Shown here in pieces: positions 9,241 to 17,323 of a stretch of 64,000 nucleotides of DNA (position 1 is the stretch's first letter; each line of letters opens with the position of its first letter). This stretch comes from Candidatus Sumerlaeia bacterium. GTDB lineage: Bacteria; Sumerlaeota; Sumerlaeia; SLMS01; JANRJK01. The notes beneath the pieces were generated by a model, which was not told where the DNA came from, made no database searches, and saw only the letters and a list, made by a program, of their open reading frames with translations. The translations under genes were made by a program, and so were the position numbers. Location: contig JANRJK010000008.1 in assembly GCA_033764015.1 (NCBI GenBank), positions 1 to 64,000 on the forward strand, in the 5' to 3' direction.

Positions 9241-10458
9241 TCAGCCACCGCCCCACTGGTTCTCGTTCTTCTCCTCGGCGCGCCCCGCCGACGACGCGCG
9301 GCGCACCGCTCCGTAGCCGTGCCGTCCGCGGATCGCGTCGATCGCCGCGTGCAGGCGCAGCTTCCGCTCGTCCTCCGCCGCGGCGAACAGGTCGAGCTGC
9401 GCGCGCCCGAACACGAGGTTTCCCGCGGCGACCCCCAAGAGCCGCACCGCCCGCCCGCGGTTCCAGTTCTCCGCGAGGAGCGTCCGCGCCGCCCGGAGCA
9501 GCTCGACCTCGTCGTCCGTCGGGTCCGCGAGCGACCGCGCCGCGGTGTGCGTCTCGAAGCCTTGGTAGCGGTACTTGAGCGTGACGAGCGCCGCCCGCGC
9601 CCCGTGCCGCCGCAGCCGGTTCGCGACCTTTTCGCAGAGGTTCGAGAGGATGCCGTCGAGGAACTCCGCGTCGCGCGTGTCCTGCGGGAAGGTCTCCTCG
9701 TGGCTGAGGGACTTCGGCGGCGCCTCGACAACGACCGGGGCGTCGCTTTCACCGCGGGCGCGTGCCACCAGCTCGGAGCCGTGGTCGCCGAAGAGCGCCC
9801 GCGCGCCCTCGGCGTCCAGCGCCGCCAGCTCGCCGCAGGTGCGGATGCCGTGCGCCTCCAGAACCGCCACGCTCTTGGGGCCGACGCCGGGGATCTTGCG
9901 CACCGGCAGCGTCGCGAGGAACGCCGCCTCGCCGCCACGCTCCACCACACGGACACCGGCGGGCTTCGCCATGCCGCTGCCCACCTTCGCGACCAGCTTG
10001 TTGCTCCCGATGCCGACGGAGCACGGCAGCCCGGTCTCCGCCGTGATGGTGCGCCGCAGCCGCTCCGCCGCGGTCGCGGGGACGCCCCACAGCCGCTCGG
10101 TCCCGGTCAAGTCGAGGTATGCCTCGTCCTGGCTCGCCATCTGTACTTGAGGAGTGAAGTGAAGCAGCGCCTCGTGGATCCTGCGCGAGTACTCGGCGTA
10201 CTCCGAGAAGCCCCGCCCGACGAGGATCAGCTTCGGGCAGAGGCGGAGCGCCTCGGCGGTCGGCATCGCGGAGCGGACACCGTACGCGCGCGCTTCGTAA
10301 CTGGCGGAGGCGATGACGCCGCGCCCCGCCGGGGAACCCCCGACCGCAACCGGCAAACCCTCGAGCGAGGGATCCAGCAGGCGCTCCACGGACACATAGA
10401 AGGTGTCCATGTCGAGGTGGGCGACGACGCGGTGGAACGGCGGCGGCGCGGGTTCCAT
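9241..10458 (-). CDS. dinB: DNA polymerase IV (Y family)
   Basis: HLDMDTFYVSVE, ASYEARAYGVRSAMP, SQDEAYLD, NKLVAK, little-finger KSLSHEETF. Confidence 0.95.
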   Translation of the reverse strand: MEPAPPPFHRVVAHLDMDTFYVSVERLLDPSLEGLPVAVGGSPAGRGVIASASYEARAYGVRSAMPTAEALRLCPKLILVGRGFSEYAEYSRRIHEALLHFTPQVQMASQDEAYLDLTGTERLWGVPATAAERLRRTITAETGLPCSVGIGSNKLVAKVGSGMAKPAGVRVVERGGEAAFLATLPVRKIPGVGPKSVAVLEAHGIRTCGELAALDAEGARALFGDHGSELVARARGESDAPVVVEAPPKSLSHEETFPQDTRDAEFLDGILSNLCEKVANRLRRHGARAALVTLKYRYQGFETHTAARSLADPTDDEVELLRAARTLLAENWNRGRAVRLLGVAAGNLVFGRAQLDLFAAAEDERKLRLHAAIDAIRGRHGYGAVRRASSAGRAEEKNENQWGGG

Positions 10459-10470
10459 GGGCCGCTTCTA

Positions 10471-12150
10471 CTAGCGGCGGCGCTTGCGCGCTTCGTCGAG
10501 AAGCGAGCGCACCTCCATGTCGGTGGGGCGAAGCGACGCGGCCACGCTGAGGCACTGCACCGCGCGGACGAAGTCGCCTTGGTCGAAGGCGGCCTTGCCG
10601 GCGTCGTACTGGCGCGCGAACATCGACTTGGCGCCGCCATCCGGCGAGGCTTTGGGCGAAAGGTCCACCGTCGCATCCTGCCCGGTCACCTCGCCCGCCT
10701 GGGCCGGAGGCGCCTTCGGAGCCGGCGCTTCCGGAGCCTTCGCCTCCTCGGTTCCCGCACCCATCATCACGTCGGCGAACTGCGCCCCGAACTGGGTGTT
10801 CGACAGGTCGTCTCCCGTTGCCGGCGCGGGGGGATTCAACGAGAGGCCCGGCGCGCTCGTCTCGGCGAACATCAGCGACGAGAACGACATGGCGTTGGGA
10901 TCGTCCTGTTCCTCGGCCGTAGGCTGGGGCGCCGGTGAACCGAAGCCGTCCAACGACACCGAGGAGAACTCGCCCGGCGCACGGTCGTCCACACCCGCGA
11001 ACGCCAAAGTGTCGTCTCCCGCGGCGACGGGCGGTAGCGGCGCAACGTCGGCGAAGCCGGCGAGGTCGAGCGAGTCCGCAGGCGCTTCCGGCTCAAGCGG
11101 CATCGGCGGGAATGCGAGGGTTTGCGCGGATGCGATGTCGCCGCCAGGGGGGAGCGGGGGAGCGCCGGGTTTCGAGGAAAGGCCGCCCGGCTTCGTGCCA
11201 ATCACGTCCTGCGACTGGCTGTCGCTCGCGTCGTAGTCCGTCGAAGCGCTGAACTCGCCCACCATCGACATCGGGCGTTCCGGCTCGCCAACGACGCCGG
11301 AGACCGGGATGGAGCCGCGGGAGATCCGTCCCGGCGGGACCACGACGTCGGTCTCGCTGTACGCCTCCGGCGTGCTGGGGGGTGCGTTCGATTCGCCGAA
11401 TTCGGCGTAGAATTCCTGGGTGTTCGGGGTGCCTTCGACCATGCCGGGCATCGCGAACGGCTGGGGAGCGGTCGCAGTGTTCCGGTCCGCGAGGACGCCG
11501 CCCGCGGGCTGCGGCGCCGTCTTGCCCTCCGGGAGTGTCGGCATATCGCCAAGCCCCGGGCGCGTCGGCATATCGCCCATCAGCGCGCCGGTCGCCGCGC
11601 CATAGCCGAGGCCGGCGACAGTCGGGCGGTCGCGCTGCACCGCGGCGCCCGCGGCCTCGCGGCGTCGCCGGATCAGCAGTGCGATCCCGAGGATCACGGC
11701 GACCACGAGTAGGATGCCGATCAGGCCCACCACTCCGAGCGCGATGGGGTTGGACAGCAGATCGTCCATGTCGAAGCGGGAACGGCGCCTCGGCGCGAGC
11801 ACGGGGGGCTGCACAATGGGGATCGGAGTCGCCACGGGCCGCGGTGTCGGCGTCGCCGCGACCACCGGGGGCGCCGTGTCCCCCGCGGCCATGCGGTCCT
11901 CCGCCATGCGGATGTAGTACGCGGCGTTGTTGTTTCCCGGGTCCACCGAGAGCAGTTCGCGCCCAGTGGCCACGACGCCTTGGTAGTTGCCTTGGATGTA
12001 CTGGTTGCGGATGCGCTCCTTCAGGTCTTCGACCCGTTGAGCGTTCGCTCCCGTGCCCGGCGCTTGGCTACGGACATCGGCCAGGCCCGCGAGCATCGCA
12101 ACGAGGAGCGTCAAGAGGACGGCAAGGAAGCGGCGTGTCGCTCGGTTCAT
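10471..12150 (-). CDS. Membrane protein: signal peptide, TPR-like N-domain, TM helix, long acidic low-complexity region, C-terminal TPR
   Basis: C-terminal part of ORF 10471..13470 from MNRATRRFLAVLL; TM IALGVVGLIGILLVVAVILGIALLI followed by RRRR; TPR-like helices at both ends. Confidence 0.75.
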   Translation of the reverse strand: MNRATRRFLAVLLTLLVAMLAGLADVRSQAPGTGANAQRVEDLKERIRNQYIQGNYQGVVATGRELLSVDPGNNNAAYYIRMAEDRMAAGDTAPPVVAATPTPRPVATPIPIVQPPVLAPRRRSRFDMDDLLSNPIALGVVGLIGILLVVAVILGIALLIRRRREAAGAAVQRDRPTVAGLGYGAATGALMGDMPTRPGLGDMPTLPEGKTAPQPAGGVLADRNTATAPQPFAMPGMVEGTPNTQEFYAEFGESNAPPSTPEAYSETDVVVPPGRISRGSIPVSGVVGEPERPMSMVGEFSASTDYDASDSQSQDVIGTKPGGLSSKPGAPPLPPGGDIASAQTLAFPPMPLEPEAPADSLDLAGFADVAPLPPVAAGDDTLAFAGVDDRAPGEFSSVSLDGFGSPAPQPTAEEQDDPNAMSFSSLMFAETSAPGLSLNPPAPATGDDLSNTQFGAQFADVMMGAGTEEAKAPEAPAPKAPPAQAGEVTGQDATVDLSPKASPDGGAKSMFARQYDAGKAAFDQGDFVRAVQCLSVAASLRPTDMEVRSLLDEARKRRR

Positions 12151-12278
12151 ACGGCGGGGCGTGCTCGCGTGAAGGCACCGGGGATACCGTTGGACAATAA
12201 CGGCGCTGTTATCGAATCCGCTTGCCGTGTAGGCAACAGCTAATCGTTCCCCCCGTCGGGGCGCGGGGTCCGCCCCGC

Positions 12279-12647
12279 TTACGGAATCGCATCCCGCACC
12301 ACCAGCAGCAGCGCCCCTTGCGGCACCACGAGAAAGCTCTCGTCGAAGATGCGCACCTCGACCGATTCCTTCTTGAGAAAAAGCGCGTAGTCGCCGATCT
12401 CCGCCTGCACCGGGAGGAAGCGGACCGGCGAGTCGCGCCGCTGCTGCCACGGCTCCCCGGCTTCCGAGCCGAAGTTGGGCAGCATCACGCCCGGTCCCGT
12501 TTCCACAATCCGCCCGGAGGCGACCGGCTCCTTCTCCACGACTGTCTGCGGCAGGTAGAGCCCCACCTTGGTACGCCCCTCCTGGGTGTCCGGCTTGATC
12601 AGGACCCGGTCTCCGCAGACGATCACTTGCCGATTGCCTGTTTGCAC
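12279..12647 (-). CDS. GroES (Cpn10)-like co-chaperonin, stand-alone
   Basis: GDRVLIKP, mobile loop RTKVGLYLP, GRIVETGPG, IGDYALF; GTG start inferred at 12647. Confidence 0.85.
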   Translation of the reverse strand: MQTGNRQVIVCGDRVLIKPDTQEGRTKVGLYLPQTVVEKEPVASGRIVETGPGVMLPNFGSEAGEPWQQRRDSPVRFLPVQAEIGDYALFLKKESVEVRIFDESFLVVPQGALLLVVRDAIP

Positions 12648-12720
12648 GTCGCCGCCTCGTAGTGGTGTGCCGGAACGCCGCGCCGCGCCCCGTACCGAAC
12701 GCCAAGCAAGAACCGACGCC

Positions 12721-14457
12721 ATGAACGCGCACGAATCGCTCAGCTCCATCGCCGTCAAGCTCCCGCGGGAGATCGACACTTCCCAGACCGTCGAGATCAA
12801 GCTGCCCGAGGGCAAAACAGTTTCCGTCCAGGCGGGCACGCAGCTTGGAAAGATCCTGGCCGACGGAGGGGTCCAGGCCCCCGCGACCATCGTCGCCGCG
12901 GCGTGGAACAACAAAGTGGCGCCGCTCTCGCGCCAGGTCCGCCGCTCCGGCACGCTGTCCGCCATCGACCTCACGATGCGCGACGGCAGCCTTATCTTCC
13001 GCCGCAGCCTCACCTTCGTCCTCATCCGCGCGGTGAAAGAGCTGTTCCCCGACCTCAAGATCTACATCAACCACTCGCTCAACCGGGGCTACTATGGCGA
13101 GGCGTACGACGAGCGCCTCCGTCCCGACGAGCCTGTGGAGCTGGCGCCCAGCGACCTCGCGGCCATCCTGCAGCGCATGAAGGAGATCGTCGAGCGCGAC
13201 GAGCCGTTCGAGCGCCTCGACCTGCCGCGCGAGGAGGCCATCGAGCTCTTCCGCGCCCGGGCCATGGACGACAAGGTGTCGCTCCTCGAGTTCCGCACCG
13301 ACGAGCAGGTATCGGTCTACCGCAGCGGGCCCCTCGTGAACCACTTCTACGGACAGCTCGTCCCGTCCACCGGCTGCCTCAAGCCCTTCGACCTCAAGGC
13401 GTGCGCGCCCGGCTTCGTTCTTCTGTTCCCGAAGCACAGCGAACCCGGAGAGCTCCCCGAGTACCGCCACGACCCCAAGATGTTCGCGGTCTTCCAGGAG
13501 TACGAGCGCTGGTCGCGGATCCTAGGCGTGCGCACGGTCGCCCAGCTCAACCGCCTGGTCGAGGCGCAGGAGATGCGCGAGTTCGTGCTCATTTCCGAGG
13601 CGCTCCACGAGAAGAAGCTGGCGTATTTGGCGGACATGATCGTCGGCAGCCACCTGAAGCCCCGCATCATCCTGCTTTCCGGGCCGTCCGCGTCCGGCAA
13701 GACGACGACCGTGAAGCGGCTCTCCATCCAGCTCCGCGTCCTCGGCCTCCGCCCGCTCGTGATCAGCCTCGACGACTTCTTCGTTTCCCGCGAGGAGACG
13801 CCCCGCGACGCCAACGGCGACTACGATTTCGAGGCATTTGAAGCGATCGACGTTAACAAGCTCCAGCAGGCGGTCCGCGACCTCCTGCACGGCGACGAGG
13901 CGGAGATCCCCCACTTCGATTTCCAGGCCGGGCGCGCCGTGGGCGGACGCCGCGTGCGCCTGCAAAAGGGCCAGCCTCTCATCCTCGAAGGCATCCACGG
14001 CCTCAACCACCGGCTGCTGCCGACGATCCCCGACGCGCTCAAGTTCAAGATCTACGTCAGCCCCCTCACCCACCTGAACGTGGACGACCACAACCGCATC
14101 AGCTCGTCCGACATCCGGCTGATGCGCCGCATGGTCCGCGACGCGCAGTTCCGCGGCTACACCGCGCTCGACACAATGCGGCGCTGGGCCAGCGTCCGCC
14201 GCGGCGAGGAGCGCAACATCTTCCCCTACCAGGGGCAGGCGGACTACATCTTCAACTCGTCGCTCCACTACGAGCTGACGGTCCTGCGCGGTCTCGCGAT
14301 GCCGCTGCTGCAGGCGGTCGAGCGCAGCGAGCCGGAGTTCATGGAGGCGTCCAGGCTGATTAAGTTCCTGTCCTACTTCAAGGAGATCAAGAAGGACTGG
14401 GTGCCGAGGCACTCGCTGCTGCGCGAATTCGTCGGCGGTTCCAGCTTCAAGTACTGA
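12721..14457 (+). CDS. Nucleoside (uridine) kinase family protein with ThrRS-like N-terminal TGS/SAD domains
   Basis: N-terminus resembles ThrRS N1/N2 (IKLPEG, RRSLTFVL, LVPSTG); P-loop GPSASGKTT, ISLDDFF, LEGIHGLN, RRWASVRRGEERNIFPYQ. Confidence 0.88.
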   Translation: MNAHESLSSIAVKLPREIDTSQTVEIKLPEGKTVSVQAGTQLGKILADGGVQAPATIVAAAWNNKVAPLSRQVRRSGTLSAIDLTMRDGSLIFRRSLTFVLIRAVKELFPDLKIYINHSLNRGYYGEAYDERLRPDEPVELAPSDLAAILQRMKEIVERDEPFERLDLPREEAIELFRARAMDDKVSLLEFRTDEQVSVYRSGPLVNHFYGQLVPSTGCLKPFDLKACAPGFVLLFPKHSEPGELPEYRHDPKMFAVFQEYERWSRILGVRTVAQLNRLVEAQEMREFVLISEALHEKKLAYLADMIVGSHLKPRIILLSGPSASGKTTTVKRLSIQLRVLGLRPLVISLDDFFVSREETPRDANGDYDFEAFEAIDVNKLQQAVRDLLHGDEAEIPHFDFQAGRAVGGRRVRLQKGQPLILEGIHGLNHRLLPTIPDALKFKIYVSPLTHLNVDDHNRISSSDIRLMRRMVRDAQFRGYTALDTMRRWASVRRGEERNIFPYQGQADYIFNSSLHYELTVLRGLAMPLLQAVERSEPEFMEASRLIKFLSYFKEIKKDWVPRHSLLREFVGGSSFKY

Positions 14458-15316
14458 GGCGCGCCAGCGTGGCCAGGTTCATGCGGTCCTCCGCCAGATC
14501 GTCGCCCTTCTCCGTCTCGAGCGCCATTGGGACGGTGCGGAAGCGCGCATCGGCGAGGAGCAGGCGGAACGGCTGCTCGCCCAGCTCCCCCTCGCCGATG
14601 TGCTCGTGGCGATCCTTGCGGCTGCCGAGCGCGTGCTGCGAGTCGTTCAGGTGGACCGCGCACAGGCGCCGGAACCCGACGGTGGCGTCGAAGCGCGCCA
14701 TTGTCTCCGCGAATGCCTCCGGCCTGCGCAGCTCGTACCCGGCGGCGAAGATGTGGCACGTGTCCATGCAGCAGCCCACCCGGTCCGGCAGCCCCGTCGC
14801 GTCCAGCAGCGCGGCAATCTCTTCAAAGGTGCGTCCCAAGTGCTGACCTGTGCCGGCGGTGGTTTCGTACAGCAGTCGGGTGGACCCGCCCGCCTCGCGG
14901 AGCGCCCGGGCCGCGCGCGAGCCGATGCGCTCGATCGCCGCATCGTCCGCGGCGCCCGGCGACCCCGGGTGCATCACCAGGCCCGGCACGCCGAGCTGCT
15001 CGCAGCGGCGCAGCTCATCCACCAGAGCGGCGAGGCTCTTTTCCCCGAGGTCATCCTTGGGGGACGCCAGGTTGATCAGATAGCTCGTGTGGGCGAAGAC
15101 ATGCTCCGGCGCGATACCCGAGCCCGCGATCGCCGCCCGGTAGTCCGCCGCGCCCTGCCCGCTGATTGGCGGACCTTCCCACCGGTTGCTGTTCTTCACG
15201 AAGATCTGCAACGCCCGGCAACCCACCGAAACGGCGCGCTCCACCGCGAGGTGGATGCCGCCGGCGATGCTCATGTGGCTGCCGATGAAGTGGTTCTGCG
15301 GGACGTCGTGGGGCAT
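14447..15316 (-). CDS. nfo: Endonuclease IV
   Basis: GSHMSIAGG, HTSYLINLAS, MHPGS, ETTAG, DTCHIFAAGY, HLNDS, DRHEHIGEG, LET. Confidence 0.95.
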   Translation of the reverse strand: MPHDVPQNHFIGSHMSIAGGIHLAVERAVSVGCRALQIFVKNSNRWEGPPISGQGAADYRAAIAGSGIAPEHVFAHTSYLINLASPKDDLGEKSLAALVDELRRCEQLGVPGLVMHPGSPGAADDAAIERIGSRAARALREAGGSTRLLYETTAGTGQHLGRTFEEIAALLDATGLPDRVGCCMDTCHIFAAGYELRRPEAFAETMARFDATVGFRRLCAVHLNDSQHALGSRKDRHEHIGEGELGEQPFRLLLADARFRTVPMALETEKGDDLAEDRMNLATLARLST

Positions 15317-15375
15317 GGCGCGCGGCTCCGGTTTGGTGCCGCGATGAAGCGCGGCCGCGCCGCGGCAGGGCAACC

Positions 15376-16158
15376 ATGAGGCGCCTGCGCGCATTCGCCT
15401 CCGTGCTCCCCGGCGAGGGGATGCGCTTCGAGCTCGACGCGGAGGAATCGAAGCACCTCGCGCAAGTGCTCCGCGTGGCTCCCGGTCAGGCGCTGGACGT
15501 TGTGGACGGGGAGGGCTCGATCGCCGAGTGCGTCGTCGAGGAATCCTGGAAGCGCGGCGTCGCGCTCCGCGTCGAGCGGCTACGGCGGCCCGGGGCGCCA
15601 CCGCCACCCCTCGTCCTCGGGGTTGGTCTGACCAAGTCCGACGCCTTCGAGGACCTGATCCAGCGCGCGGTCGAACTGGGCGCCACCGCCTTCGTGCCCC
15701 TAGCGTGCGACCATTCCGTGGTGCGCCTCGATGCGAAGCGGGAGGCCTCCCGCCTCGAGCGCTGGCGGCGCATCGCGCTGGCCGGACTGAAGCAGTGCGA
15801 GCGCCTATGGGGCATGGAGGTTGCGGAACCCGAGTCGCTCGAACAGTTCGCGGGACGCGGGGAGGGCGCGCTGCTGGCGCTGGTGGAGCGCGCCGATGGC
15901 ACCCCCGATGCCGGGCGGACGATCGCCGCGGCCGCCCCGGGGCCGCTGCGCTTTTGCGTCGGACCGGAAGGGGGCTGGAGCGCTAGCGAGCGCGCCCTGC
16001 TGGCCGCGCGCGCCCAGCCGGTGTCGCTCGGCGCCGCGGTGCTTCGGACCGAGACGGCGGCCCTTGCGGCGCTGGCGGCGGCTGCGCTATATCGCTGCAG
16101 CACTTTAGCCCAAGCCCCGGCCTCCCCGCCGGACAAGGCGGTTCGCCATGAAGACTAG
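15376..16158 (+). CDS. rsmE: 16S rRNA m3U1498 methyltransferase
   Basis: HLAQVLR, AVELG, KQCER, VGPEGG, LGAAVLRTETA. Confidence 0.93.
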   Translation: MRRLRAFASVLPGEGMRFELDAEESKHLAQVLRVAPGQALDVVDGEGSIAECVVEESWKRGVALRVERLRRPGAPPPPLVLGVGLTKSDAFEDLIQRAVELGATAFVPLACDHSVVRLDAKREASRLERWRRIALAGLKQCERLWGMEVAEPESLEQFAGRGEGALLALVERADGTPDAGRTIAAAAPGPLRFCVGPEGGWSASERALLAARAQPVSLGAAVLRTETAALAALAAAALYRCSTLAQAPASPPDKAVRHED

Positions 16159-17248
16159 GTTTCCGCTGGCGGTCGTCGGAGCGGGCCTTTCCGGCCTGTC
16201 CACAGCCAGGTTCCTCGCCGCGCAGGGCGCCGACACGCTGATCTTCGAGCGCACGGGCCGACCCGGCGGGCGCATCCGCACCGTGACGACCGAGCACTGG
16301 CGCGCCGACATCGGCGCCCACGTGATCCGCCGGTCGCAGAAGCACCTGATCGCCCTCATCCGCGAGCTTGGCCTCGAAGCGGAACTCGTCACCATCCAGG
16401 GCGCCCACGGATCGATCCCCGCCTCCGGCGAGGTGCCGCCTCCCACGGGCGACATGTTCTCGACCGGCAAGTTGTGCCTTCGCACCGGCGTCGAATCGCT
16501 GCCGCAGCTAATGCACACCCGCTTCAACCTGGCCGTCTTTCCCGGCGAGATCGCCGCCGTGCGCTGGGACGAGGAGGACGGCTCCTTCTGGTTCGAGTCG
16601 GAGGACGGCAAGCCGGCGCGCTCTCCCGACACCGGGGACATTTTCGCCGCATCCGGTGTGGTGCTGGCGGCCGGGATGCGGCTGACGCTCCACATCGCGC
16701 GCCGCAGCCCCGTGCTGGCCCACGCTGTTCCGATCCTGGAGGAGTGCTACTGGGGGCCCACCGCCGTCGGCGCCTTCCTCGTCCCGCCCCTCGCCACCGC
16801 CTACGCATCGCTCGAGGGCACCATCGACTCGCCGCTGCGTTGGGTCGGATTCGAAGAGCGCAAGGGCCCCGGGCGCGCGCCGCAGGGCTACTCCCTTGTC
16901 TCCGTGGCGGCGGGCCGCCTCACCAGCGAGCGCCTCAACCGGCTGCCGCCGGAGGACTGCGTCGTCTCGCTCTACTCCGAGCTCCGGGGCCTCTTCCCCG
17001 AGCTCCCGGCGAAGCCCGAGGACGGGCGCGCGCACATCTGGCAGAACGGCTGGGGCCCGCACGACTGGAACCCGGCGAAGGTCCGCAAGGCGATGCGAAG
17101 GCCGGAGCCCGGCGCGCCGCCGATCATCCTCGCGGGCGAGTACCTCCGCGGATTCTCCATGGAGCACGCCCTCGATTCCGGCGAGGAGTCCGCCGCGATG
17201 CTGCTGGATGCGGTCGCGAAGTACCGCGATTCCCGCCACGCGCACTGA
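16148..17248 (+). CDS. FAD-dependent oxidoreductase (renalase/amine-oxidase-like)
   Basis: VVGAGLSGL, ERTGRPGGRI, DIGA, C-terminal LAGEY..GFSMEHALDSG. Confidence 0.8.
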   Translation: MKTRFPLAVVGAGLSGLSTARFLAAQGADTLIFERTGRPGGRIRTVTTEHWRADIGAHVIRRSQKHLIALIRELGLEAELVTIQGAHGSIPASGEVPPPTGDMFSTGKLCLRTGVESLPQLMHTRFNLAVFPGEIAAVRWDEEDGSFWFESEDGKPARSPDTGDIFAASGVVLAAGMRLTLHIARRSPVLAHAVPILEECYWGPTAVGAFLVPPLATAYASLEGTIDSPLRWVGFEERKGPGRAPQGYSLVSVAAGRLTSERLNRLPPEDCVVSLYSELRGLFPELPAKPEDGRAHIWQNGWGPHDWNPAKVRKAMRRPEPGAPPIILAGEYLRGFSMEHALDSGEESAAMLLDAVAKYRDSRHAH

Positions 17249-17323
17249 TTCCCGCTTGTTCGAGCGGCGCGGGCGGTAGCACCATCGGACCGAGCGGCGG
17301 GATCCGCCGCTGCCCCGGAGCCG

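Noticed and set aside
12151..13470. N-terminal part of the 999-aa ORF 10471..13470
   Set aside because: Overlaps the groES-like and nucleoside kinase genes; a signal peptide marks the real start at 12150
12721..14457. ThrRS-like domain fused to a uridine kinase as a novelty
   Set aside because: Recognised, widespread family architecture
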